DNA of 64,000 bases from Patescibacteria group bacterium (GTDB taxonomy: Bacteria; Patescibacteriota; Gracilibacteria; Absconditabacterales; Absconditicoccaceae). The position numbers and the translations under genes are program-made. Every line of letters starts with the position of its first letter. Within the stretch, counting starts at the first letter, position 1. The stretch is taken from contig JAKJDW010000004.1 in the NCBI GenBank assembly GCA_022705745.1, forward strand, positions 3,614 to 67,613. The letters are read 5' to 3'. Positions 49,203 to 60,165 of the stretch are shown piece by piece. The notes under the pieces are model-generated. The model saw only the letters and a program-made list of their open reading frames with translations. It did not search any database and had not been told where the DNA came from.

Positions 49203-50282
49203 TTATATTTTTGTTGAATTTTTATTCAAAATTCATTCAACATCATTTGGATTAATAATACCTTTATCTATCAAAGTTTCTGCATATTGTTTTAAAGTTA
49301 TCATTCAAACCGTATTAGAGGTTTTTATAATGTTATTTATTTGGTTCATATCTTGCTTTTTAATATTTGTTTTTATAGATTGAGTATTCAACATTAACTC
49401 AAATATTCATATTCTGGCTGAATCATCCATACTTTTAACTAAAACTTGAGACTGAATTCCGATTAAAGATTCAGAAAGTCTTTCAGCAATGCTTCATTGA
49501 GTATTTGGTGGAAAAAAAGATATAAATTTTTTTATTGTATGAGAGGCAGAATTTGTGTGTAAAGTACTAAAAACCAGATGTCCAGTTTCTGCTAAATTTA
49601 GCACAGCTTCTGCAGTTTCTTTGTCACGAATTTCTCAGACAAAAACTATGTCAGGATCTTGCCTCATTGCTGATTTTAATGCATTTGCAAAAGACCGAGT
49701 ATCTTTTCAGATTTCTCTTTGTGATATAATACATTTTTTTGGTTCAAAAACATATTCTATAGGATCCTCTATTGTTATTAAAATTCTAGATTTATTTTTA
49801 TTGATTTCTTCTAGTATAGCAACTAAACTAGTAGATTTTCAATTACCAGTAGGTCAAGTAATCAAATATAACCCATTTTTCTTTTTTAAAACATTTTTTT
49901 TAATACTATTTGAAACACTATCCAACATAATATCTTCCAATTTTTTGGCTACTTTGTCGATTTTTCTCATAACAAGAGTAATTCCTCCAGTTTTTAGATA
50001 AGCATTTACTCTATAAATCGTTTTATCTTTGGATATGTAGGCAAAATCCGATTCTTTGTCTCATAAAAACTTATTAAATCTTTGAGAATTTCAATAAAAT
50101 AACTGTTTTAAAAATAATTCCATTTGTTCAGAGCTTATTTTACCAGAAGATTCTTCCTTAACAATCTTTCAGTTTAATCTATAAGAAATATATTCTCCAC
50201 TAGATAAATGTAAATCTGAAATATTTGGATTTTTGGCTATCAATGATAATGTTTTTTCAATATCTATTCAAGGATTTTCCAT
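49203..50282 (-). CDS. pilT: Type IV pilus retraction ATPase PilT-like (PilT/GspE/VirB11 superfamily)
   Basis: 359 aa: ...[21 protein letters not shown]...[123 protein letters not shown]. Both Walker A glycines flanking PTGN are TGA. Confidence 0.85.
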
Positions 50283-50528
50283 ATTTAAATTTATATTATA
50301 AATTATACGGTATTATTATAATAAAAAACATTATTTTTGTCAAAAAAATCGGGCTTTAATTTTGTGTTTAGTTTGACATTTGTATCAAAATAGTTTTTAA
50401 AAATAATTTTTGTAAATTTTAGGTCAATGAACTTAATTTATATTTTTTGCTTTTTTGTTTGCTTTTTTACTTTACATTATTATATAAAATACATAGAAAC
50501 TTTTACTTGACTTGTAATCAATTTTTTT

Positions 50529-51044
50529 ATGAGAACAAAGAAGCTCCGTACAAACACAGTAATCTTTTTGGTGGCAATACTATTTTCGCTTGTTTTGTTT
50601 TATTTTATGGAAAACCCTGTTTTTTTTTCTGCCAGTATTTTATCACTACAAGACGCTCAGACCATGATAGCAAATCATTGGGATTTAGCATACAAAAACG
50701 AGAAAAATGTGTTGGATGTTTTTGTTTCGGATACCATAAAAAATATAAACGAGCTTTCTGTTTCAATTATTTATGATGATCAAGAAGTTCAGATAGATTT
50801 AGATAATATCAAACAACAGTGTGATTATGAAATAGTATCTCAAATGGGATGAAGTTTGATTTTAAAATTTAAAAATTTTAATTGAAAATTTGATTATGGA
50901 CAGAGCCTATTTGAATTACCCTTTTGAGGTAAAGAACCATCAATATTGCTGAGTGAGTGAAGTGTTTTATTACTAAATTGAAATAATAAAACATTATCAA
51001 TATGATCGCTGAATCAAAACAAAGATTCACATCATGGATTTTAA
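50529..51044 (+). CDS. Signal-anchored hypothetical protein (171 aa)
   Basis: MRTKKLRTNTVIFLVAILFSLVLFYFMENPVFFSASILSLQDAQTMIANHWDLAYKNEKNVLDVFVSDTIKNINELSVSIIYDDQEVQIDLDNIKQQCDYEIVSQMGGSLILKFKNFNGKFDYGQSLFELPFGG.... Confidence 0.55.
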
Positions 51045-51062
51045 TAAAAAACCAATATGTAG

Positions 51063-52694
51063 ATGAATAAATTTTATAAAAAATTAGCCGTTTGAGTGTT
51101 TATGTTTTTTTCAGCCCTAGTTCCATTGGTTTCTTTGGCAGAGGAGCCAGATTCTTTTTCTGTAAAGGTAGAACCAGACACTTTTTGAGTTTGACAGCCA
51201 GTAGATATTACAATAACAGCACTCAAAAATGGTGAAATATTAAAAGATTATATTTGAGATGTTTTGTTTGAAATAAATTGATTGTTGCCGGATGATTATG
51301 TTGTTCCTAGTATGGGATTTTATTCTTTTTTACCCCAAGATCAGTGAACAAAGACCTTTTCAAAATGATTAGAAATTAAAAAAGCAGGTACATATCAAAT
51401 AAAAGTATCTGATGTTACGGATTTAAATTACGAATTTCACTGAACAGCGACGGTTGTTGTATGAAATGCTAGTTCAGATTCGAGCTTGAAACAAATAAAC
51501 ATAACTTCTCCTATAGATTCTTCTATAGAAAAAAAATCTACTATAAATATAATTTGATCTAGCTTTGATTTAAGGAACTCACCGATAGATGTTTATTTAA
51601 ATGATATCTTAGTTACCAGTTGACAAACAGATTCAATGTGAAATTTTAATGTATATGTTTGAAATTTAAACTCTGGACCAAACACTATTCAAATAAAAGC
51701 TGTAAATATAAATAATGTTTTATTGTGAGAATCTAATGTGGTGACAGTAACCTATCAACCCCCATTTGATTGAGTGTTTAATTCCATAGAAATAATACCT
51801 TCTTGAGTCTTAAAGGAATGAGATAAAGTTACATTTACTGTTTCTGCTGTAGATGAAGTAAGCTCAGCTCAGATGATATTTGATGATGGCACCAGCTATC
51901 CTTTGGATCTTCTTTCTCCAGGAATTTTTAAAAAAGATATAATTATGACAGATATTTTGGGTAATAAAAATATTTCTGTTGTTTTGATGTATGCATGAAT
52001 ACCGAGAAACTACGACAATGTTGCAAGTATTTTTGTGAAAGAAAACAAGGGTGTTGGGAATGTAAGATTTGTTTCTACTTGAGTGGATGGGACATCAGTA
52101 ATAGTTTCTTGGGATTCTAGATGACATTTTCCTAAATATAGAGTTTTTTATGGTACTGACCAAAATAACTTACAAAAAACGGTAGATATAAACGCTACTG
52201 GAGTTTTGATAGAAAATTTGCAGACTGATACAACTTATTATTTCCAAATTTCTCCTTTGGATGAATTGTCTAATATATCATGAGACCCTTCAAGTATTGT
52301 AGAATATAATCCACAAAAAGTTAAAGCTTCTTGTATTGTTCAGTGAATAGTGGTAAAATCTGAAAAAATATGAGATAAATATTTTTTGGTATGGGATGAG
52401 GTAAAAAATGCCACTAAGTACGAAATATATAGATCAGATTGGGAAGATATGTCAGATAAAAAGTTGGTTTGAGAAACGACAGAAGCTAGTTTTGAGTATT
52501 TTTTTGATAAATATGCAGAAAAAGATCAGTATGCATATTATCAAGTGCAAGCAATTTGTTCTGATGGAACTAGTGTTCTCATAGACCAAGCACAAAAAGT
52601 TCAAGTTTGACCGTTTGAAGATACCTTACTGATTATTATAGTTAGTTTGTTTTTGTATGCAGTATATAAATTATATAGGACTCAAAAATATTAA
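51063..52694 (+). CDS. Surface protein (543 aa): signal peptide, Ig/FN3-like repeats, C-terminal TM anchor
   Basis: MNKFYKKLAVGVFMFFSALVPLVSLAEEPDSFSVKVEPDTFGVGQPVDITITALKNGE...VIVSWDSRGHFPKYRVFYGTDQNNLQKTVDINATGVLIENLQTDTTYYFQISPLDELSN (FN3-like) ...KYEIYRSDWEDMSDKKLVGETTEASFEY...LLIIIVSLFLYAVYKLYRTQKY. Confidence 0.7.
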
Positions 52695-52751
52695 CGATCG
52701 TTTTTTGTCCATTTTTTAAATTGTGCTTTATTGTTTCAATTTTTTATAATT

Positions 52752-55646
52752 ATGTCTATGTTTCCAAAAAAATATATAAATAAAAATAAAAACATACAAA
52801 GATCATCTTTTCCCTCATCAAAATTTATTTATTCAAGAGCTTTGTCTGCTGATCAAAAGGTTCATCCTGGAGCTCTGTTTTTAATTTTTATGAAAGACTA
52901 TATTTCTAAAATGAGCTTATGGGGTTCTGATGGGCTTGATTTTGATATAAACTTTGCTTTGTCATCAAATTGGTATTCCAAATTAAATAGAAATAATGTT
53001 AATTTAAAACAATTACAATTAGATCTTAAAAAACAAGTGAAGCAGAACATAAAATTTTTGGAAAAACTTGGATTTTCTTTTTTTATAAACGAAAATCATT
53101 TTGTTGTAGATGAAAAATTTTATATTTTTCTTAGAGAAGTTTTTGTTAATTTATATAAAGATTGAAAAATTCATTTAGAAAAAAAAGTAGTTTCACGAAG
53201 CAAAGAATTACAGACAAATGTATTGAAGACCAATCTGTTTATTAAAAAAAAGAAAAAAAAGGAATTTGTTATTAAATATTTTATAGAATCTAAATGAGTT
53301 TCTATTAGTGTTCCTACGAAAAATCTCAAAACTATTTTTGCAGATGTGGCTGTAGCTGTAAATCCACAAGATAAAAGATATAAAAAATTGATATGACAAA
53401 ATGTAATTATTCCAATAATAAATAAAAACATACCTATCATATGAGATGATAGTGTGGTTTCTTTTGAGTGAACTTGAGTGGTTAGAATTACACCATGACA
53501 TGATGAATATGGTCTTGAAATTGCACAAAAACACAATTTACCAACAAATATATATGCAATAGATGTTGATGGAAATTTTACTAAACATGTTGGAGATTTT
53601 GTTGGTAAACCTGTGGATGTTTTTATTGAAAATGTTGAAACTTATATAAATGATATATGAAATTTAGAACAGATAAATGAAACGGAAGAAGAGCTTATGT
53701 ATTGTGCTAAATCTGGGGAAGAACTATATAAAATTACTATGGATCAGTGGGGTATTAAATATGATTACTCTTTAGATTTTTTGCTTCAAAATTTTGAGAC
53801 AAAAGATATTACAATAAAGTGATTTGATGTAGAAAACCACATTTTGGATTATCTCAAAGATTTAAATTTTGTTAATATTTCCAACAAATCTGCAAAGGGA
53901 ACCTTAATACCGGTTTTGTATTCTGAAAAATGACAAAAATATTTGATAAATGATGATGTTTTGGTAGAGCAGTATAAAATTGCAAAGTCCAGAAAAGATC
54001 TCACACTAACTGCTGTAATACTCAATTTAGTTTTGGATAATCAATTAAATGATGTTTTTAGCATAGAGGAGCTTGTTGATGTTTTGTTTTCTTTTGATTT
54101 TTCTGGTGGCGTCAGCAAGCTTTCAAAATATATAGATATTTATGAAAATACTGAAAGATCTAGTTTAAAAAACTGACTGAAAGGCATTAAAAGGCTTTTG
54201 TGAAAAATAGAAAGAGATTCTGAAAAAATAATGATTCTTTTGGAACTTTTAGGAGACAGTTTTGCAATAAAGTCTGATTGAGAACGCTTTAGTTTGGATT
54301 TTTCTGCTATTTTTTGATCTCAAGAACCATTGGTTTTGCAAAAACAAGATAGTTTTAATAAAGATTTTTTGGATACTGTATGGTTGTTGTTTAAAAATAA
54401 CCTTTGAAAAAGTATGGAGGGATATTCTGGTATAAAAAACTTGTGAAATATATTTATTTGAACAAAAGATGATAAAGAATTTTTTGTAAATTTGTTACTA
54501 CTGTGATTGGATTATTCCAAAACACTATTTTTTTCAGATTCGCTATTTATTCCTTATTTGACTGACCAAGAATCAAATATTATTACAAATTACAACTCTA
54601 AATTTTTAACAAAAGAACTTTCTGGAATACTTGATTTGTTCAATTCAGACTTGCTAAGATTACTTTTGTTGTTATGACAAAAAGAAAACAACAAAGTCAT
54701 ATTGGATACTAATAATATTGAATATATACATTTTATGTTGAATAAAGTTTGGAATGCATACAGATATGTTTACAACAACTACATTAATTGAATTTCAAAA
54801 ATAAACATTAAAGAGCTTTTTAATTTGATAGAACAGGACATAAGTGATTATGATAACTGGATTTTGCATTGACTCAAATCTCTGCTAGAAGAATTAAAAA
54901 ACAAAAATAAAAACATATTGGATTTTGGGTCTAAAATTTTAAAATTTATTATCAATGATCTTTGTGAAAATTATTTGGAGTCTACTAAAATTTATGAGTA
55001 TGAGAGTACTCCGCATGTAGCTTTGTTTTCTTTTATCGTTTCTTTGGAGATTTTAAGACCATTGATGCCGTTATTTATGCAGGAAATAGAAAAGCTATTT
55101 TTTAACAAGCTTAAAATATCGAATTTTGATATAAGCACTATATGAGATTTTAATTTGAAAGAAAAAAATTATAGAATGAATATTTTTATGGATATTGTAG
55201 ATAAGCTCAAAAAAATAAAACAAAATTTATGAGTTAAAAAACATGAAACAGTAGATGTGTTCGTTCAAGCGAATTTGGAGTTTATAAATTTTTTATCAGA
55301 AAGAGAGGATCTATTGGAAGCCTTGTTAAACATTAGAAATATAGTTTATGTTAAAGATTATGAAAAAACACCATCAGATTATGAAATGGATAATGTAATT
55401 GATATAAATATTTGAGCCAAAAGTGTTTCAGAACAGATTGGAGTAACTAAAAATGTGTTGATGGAAATGGAAGAAGATTTAAAAAACAAACAAGAATATT
55501 TACAACATATGAAATCTTTGATAAGCTCCATTCTTTCAACAGCATCTATGGAAATTATAGAAAAGAAAAAACAAGATATTCAAAATTTACAAAAAGAAGT
55601 GGAGGAACTGGAATTTAAAATTAATAAAATGAAGATAAAAGGATAA
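52752..55646 (+). CDS. Valyl-tRNA synthetase homolog with degenerate HIGH and KMSKS signature motifs
   Basis: 964 aa. ValRS-like editing (CP1) block [66 protein letters not shown]. Blocks FVNLYKDG, NKVWNAYRYV and a C-terminal coiled coil are also present. HIGH reads VHPGAL (about 52861), DWCISRQ.WWGH.IP reads NFVNISNKSAKGTLIP, and the KMSKS position reads YNSKFLTK (about 54590). Confidence 0.75.
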
Positions 55647-55814
55647 TGTTTATAAATTCATCATCAATTAGAAAGTACTGATGTAATGTTTTTAAAATAG
55701 TTTGCATTTTGCATTTTTTTTATTAGTATAGCACAACACTTGTTTTAGTGCTACTGTTTTTTAGAATAATCTGTGCTTTTCTGTAAATTATATTTAAATT
55801 TTTAATTTATAGTT

Positions 55815-56870
55815 ATGGATTTTGATCCTAAAAAAAATTATTATGAAATATTGTGAGTGTCAGAAGACGCTACTGAAGACGAAATCAAAAAGGCCTTTAG
55901 AAAAGCGGCTGTAAAATATCATCCGGACAAGGCATGATGAAACAAAGAAAAATTTCAAGAAGTAAATGAAGCTCATCAGATACTTTGAGATAAACAAAAA
56001 AGACAACAATATGATATGTTTAGAAAGTGATGATTTGGTGGTTTTGGATGATGAAATTTTTGATGATTCCAAACTTGATGAGCAAGTTTTGATTTTGGTG
56101 ATTTATGAGATATTGTTTGAAATATTTTTTGATGATGATTTGGTAGTTTTGGATGAGGTGGATGACCCAGAAGTTGAGAAGATCTCAAAAAGAAAATTAC
56201 AATCACTTTTGATGAATCGTATTTATGAGTTACAAAAAAAATATCTTATACTCGTAAAAGAGTGGTAGAATGAGCAGAAGCAAAAACTTGTGATATGTGT
56301 TCTGGTAGAGGGAGAGTAACTAAACAAGTTCAGTCTCCTTTTGGGGTGATGCAAAGTCAAAGCACTTGTCCCACCTGTGGATGAAGCTGACAACAATACT
56401 TTAAAGATTGAAAAAAATTAGCAAACGGGTGATTGGAAGAAGTAAAGGAAATTTTGGAAGTGAAGATTCCAGCATGAATAAACCATGGAGCTTATTTGAA
56501 ATATTCCAACAAATGAGATGATGGACAAAACGGTATGCCAACAGGAGATTTATACATACAAATTAATGTAAGCGAGAATCCAAATTATATTAGAAAATGA
56601 GATCATATTTATGTAAATCAGGAAGTTACGATTTATGATTTGGTTTTATGATGAGAGTATGAAATTCCACATCCAAGTGGAAAAATTAGAATAAAAATTC
56701 CTAAATGAACACAATTGGATGAGCAGATAAAAATTTCAGGAAAAGGTTTTGGTAGTGGGGGAATTTTTGCAAAAAAATGAGACTTATTCGTAGTTCCAAA
56801 ACTAAAAATTCCAAGAAGATTGAGTAAAGAACAAGAGGTTTTATGGAAAAAATTACAAGAAACTAAGTAG
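55815..56870 (+). CDS. dnaJ: Molecular chaperone DnaJ
   Basis: 351 aa: [69 protein letters not shown] (J domain, HPD), a G/F-rich region, then a zinc finger CDMCSGRGRV...CPTCGGSG. 16 of the 24 Gly codons in the G/F tract are TGA (hand count). Confidence 0.9.
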
Positions 56871-56875
56871 TTTTT

Positions 56876-57088
56876 TTATGAACTATCTATTATATTTTCA
56901 AAAGATCATATCATATTTTTTAGATTTTCTGATTTTATCAAAAATATAGCATCATCGGAAGATAGTACAATTAAATCATTTCCGGATTTTAATTTAAATT
57001 TGTCTCTAACATTTTTTGGAATTACTATTTGTCATTTTGTACCAACAGAAGCTGATCATTCAATTTTGATAGAACTTTGTTTTTTCAT
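56876..57088 (-). CDS. AbrB/MazE/SpoVT-family DNA-binding protein
   Basis: 70 aa: MKKQSSIKIEGSASVGTKGQIVIPKNVRDKFKLKSGNDLIVLSSDDAIFLIKSENLKNMIGSFENIIDSS. Looped-hinge-helix motif GQIVIPK.vR....lk.Gd.l. Confidence 0.75.
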
Positions 57089-57407
57089 AGCGTATTGAAA
57101 TTGTATAAAGTATGAAATGTATAACCTTTTAGAAAAAAACTGCAATGTTTTTTAAAATAATAAAAAATTCGTTTAAAAAGTTTTACTTTTTAAGCAAACT
57201 ATGTTTTTAAAAGTTTATTGAATGGGTTATTTTATAAAAAAAGTATAGGATAATTTTTAATTTATGTATATAAACTTGGATAAATATAAATAAGTCAAAC
57301 CATTTAGCAGGCAAAAAGGTAAAAAAACTTGAAAAATAAAAAAAAATTATTATTATAGCACCGATATAGTTTTGGTGCTACTTTTTATTTTTTAACCAAT
57401 ATCAAAC

Positions 57408-57893
57408 ATGTTCAAAGGGAAAGTTTATGTTTACAAAAACATTAATTGAAAAGAGGAGAAAATTGAAAGAGAATTTGATAATTCTCAAGATTTCCAATCA
57501 TTTGTTCAAAACAATGAGGTTTCATGATTAGAAAGTTTTTCTGACACGCCAAGATCTCCAATATTGTGACTGTGAGATTGGGCAAATTTACAGAATTATT
57601 TTGATAATCTCATTGATAGAAGACTGTGACTAATCTATGATTGATACGATGAAGAGCAAGACAATTATGCTGGGTGAAATCTGATTGATCTCAATAAATA
57701 TGAATCAGAATTAAAAAAAATTGACTATCAAAAGCAACACAAAGATGAAACATTAAAACATCTCAAATCAACTCTTCAAAAGCTCAAAGATTACAAGAAA
57801 AAATTCAAAAATGAGTGAAGAGAAGATATGATCGAAAGTATTGATTTGGATATTAAAAAGATTGAAAATGAGATATCTAAATTTGATAAATAA
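57408..57893 (+). CDS. Hypothetical protein (161 aa)
   Basis: MFKGKVYVYKNINGKEEKIEREFDNSQDFQSFVQNNEVSGLESFSDTPRSPILGLGDWANLQNYFDNLIDRRLGLIYDGYDEEQDNYAGGNLIDLNKYESELKKIDYQKQHKDETLKHLK.... A clean terminator follows. Confidence 0.55.
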
Positions 57894-57906
57894 TGTTTTT
57901 GTTTGC

Positions 57907-57932
57907 GAGCTAGATTAATCTAGCTCTTTTTT
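57907..57932 (+). terminator. Rho-independent terminator
   Basis: GAGCTAGA-ttaa-TCTAGCTC followed by TTTTTT. Confidence 0.75.
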
Positions 57933-57951
57933 AAATGGTAAAAAAGAGAAA

Positions 57952-58557
57952 ATGAAAAAATCAGAAAAAACTTTGAAAAGCACGGTCAAGAATTGTGATA
58001 ATTCTATTAAGAGAAACTTTGCAAAAGTTAATAAGTATCTTTGAGTTAGTTGATGGATAATTGTGATATTTGTTGTCTTTATCATTTCTCTTGTTATTTA
58101 TTATCAAAACAGGATAGCCAACATAGAATCTCGTGGAATTATTTACTATCAAGATCCTTATAGAATCGATCGTACTTTAAATGTTTTTGATGAGTTTGAT
58201 AGATATTTTGATAGACAGGACAAATACTTCAAAAATCTTTTTAGAGAACAAGAGGAATTTATTAGAAGATATGGAAAAAATTTTGATTTAGACAAAGCGA
58301 GAATGGTAGATATGTCTGATAAATCTCAACAAAAATATCAAAAGTATTATTTACAAAATTGAAAAGTTTATTCTTATGAGATAAATTACAACAATTGAGT
58401 GGTAAATTGAAATATTGTGGTAGATGATATTGAACAAAGAGATGTATTGATCCAAAGATTACAAAAATTGTGACTTGAATTGTCAAATTCAGATTTAAAT
58501 ATTATGTTTTCTTGAGAACTTGATAATATAAATTCTTTGATAAGCATATTGGATTAG
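57952..58557 (+). CDS. Membrane-anchored hypothetical protein (201 aa)
   Basis: MKKSEKTLKSTVKNCDNSIKRNFAKVNKYLGVSGWIIVIFVVFIISLVIYYQNRIANIESRGIIYYQDPYRIDRTLNVFDEFDRYFDRQDKYFKNLFREQEEFIRRYG.... In frame with track ORF 58063-58362. Confidence 0.55.
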
Positions 58558-58671
58558 GGACTATTTTGCCTAGAAAAATTATTAGTGTTTGTATAAATAA
58601 ATTGATTTTATTTGAAATGAGTAAAGTAGGAGCTTTGTTATGATATAAGAAATTCAAAAAATTAGTTTTTA

Positions 58672-58926
58672 TTATTTTTTGTTCCTGCTGTTTTCAATTT
58701 GTTCTCATAAATATTCAAAACGAGGTTTTGTGATTCCATCTATAATTACATCTTCAAAAAACATTTTTTTTGGTCTGACTCGTAATTGAGATTTTCATTC
58801 TGTATCGTTGTAAAGAGCTTTATACAACACCAACTCTTCTCAACTTTCACTATGTACTACAATATCAATTAATTCGTACAAGTTGCCTTTATAGTGTTTG
58901 TATATTCATTTTTTAATAGAGTTCAT
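58672..58926 (-). CDS. DUF1653-like protein
   Basis: 84 aa: MNSIKKGIYKHYKGNLYELIDIVVHSESGEELVLYKALYNDTEGKSQLRVRPKKMFFEDVIIDGITKPRFEYLGEQIENSRNKK. DUF1653 pattern Y.HYKG..Y.........hsE..e..VvY.aLY.......vRP..mF. Confidence 0.7.
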
Positions 58927-58942
58927 CTTTTAGAACTAATTA

Positions 58943-59659
58943 TTAAATAAAAAATTTTGTCCAGTAGTCCAACCAGAGAATGGAATCTAAATGTAGTGGT
59001 GGAATATTGTGTTTTTTTGATAAGGTTTGAAAATAATTTTGAATTTCTGTATTGCTAACCTTATTTTTTATATCTAAAGAATTAGTATAAATTCTTTTAA
59101 TCCTGCTATCAACTGGTATTTCTATACTCATTGGATATATAGTTTCTTTTCAAGAAATGATTTCATGGGCATATCCAAACATTTTAACGGCAAAAACATT
59201 CGTTTTGCTGTCTTTTTTTGTGTTCATTACCTTGGAAATAAGATCATTCAATTCTTCTAATTTGTTTCAAAAATTTAGGAAAATTATATTTTTTTGTAAA
59301 ATTTTGTTGAATTTTTTAATTTTATTAGTTTTGATATTATAGATCCTTTTGTTGTATTTAGAATTGGTCAGAAAATCATATCGCCAAACACTATTATCTT
59401 GTTTTTTTTGTCGTAATTCTTGTAATGTTTTTCGATCTTTTTGAATTTTATCTCCAAATTCTTGTCGTCGCAATTCTCATGTTCAGGCGATTTGGTAGCT
59501 TACTAGAGCACATTGTAGAGTTAAATATAAAAACAAATTTTCATCTTTATTTTGTATTTTCCTCCAGCTTTCTTTTAGTGCTAAAAACTGTGGATCCTTT
59601 TGTTCCAGTTTTTTAATTTTTTGGATATTGTATTTTGATATGAAGTTTTCTATTTTCAT
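58943..59659 (-). CDS. N-glycosylase/DNA lyase, AGOG-type 8-oxoguanine DNA glycosylase family
   Basis: 238 aa: ...FLYLTLQCALVSYQIAGTGELRRQEFGDKI...SKTNVFAVKMFGYAHEIISGKETIYPMSIEIPVDSRIKRIYTNS...KHNIPPLHLDSILWLDYW resembles the AGOG pattern (LvSYQl.g.GE..W..F; K..vFavKMfgYa; iPvD.Ri; ppLHlDs.lW). Confidence 0.7.
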
Positions 59660-60075
59660 TTAGTTTTTTTCAATTGATCTCTGATGTCTATGAGCACATC
59701 TAATTCTGATATTTTTGGCTCTTCTACTTTTTTTTCTGATTTTTTGAGTTTGTTGATACCTTTTACTACAAAAAATAATGTAACGCTTACCATAAGAAAC
59801 GCTAATATTGCGTTGATAAATAGTCCGTAAGCTAATACAGAAGCTCAAGCTTCACGAGCTAATGCTACACTAGAAAAAGTTTCTCCACTGGGATTTGATA
59901 AAACTACAAATAGATTTGAAAAATCTGGTATTTTGAATATCCCAGATATAACTGGCATAATTATATCATCTACTAGAGATTTTACTATAGTAGAAAATGC
60001 TGCTCAAATCATAATTCATATAGCCATGTCTATCATGTTTCACTTTATGGCAAATTCTTTGAATTCTTTAATCAT
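59650..60075 (-). CDS. mscL: Large-conductance mechanosensitive channel
   Basis: 141 aa: [59 protein letters not shown]...VLAYGLFINAILAFLMVSVTLFFVVKGINKLKK.... It ends ...KKTK-TGA-AAA-TAG, overlapping the ATG of the next gene. Confidence 0.9.
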
Positions 60076-60165
60076 TTTTTATTGTATTTAAATAAAACAG
60101 TTATTTTTTTAGTTAAAAATCTAAAGTTTTCAAGGATATTTTTCATTAGTTTATCAATTTTTTGA

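Noticed and set aside
42162-50282. Prophage interpretation of the AT-rich island, prompted by the GH19 lysozyme-like gene
   Set aside because: I could not recognise a capsid, portal, terminase, tail, integrase or repressor gene, and I saw no att-like direct repeats at the borders. The evidence is insufficient, so the region is reported as an uncharacterised island instead.
57369-57395. Hairpin TAGCACC-gatatagtttt-GGTGCTA with flanking A and T runs, just upstream of gene 57408, as a riboswitch or attenuator
   Set aside because: It is a single short stem with no recognisable riboswitch core or leader peptide. It could equally be a bidirectional terminator or chance structure in the AT-rich spacer, so I did not report it as a feature.
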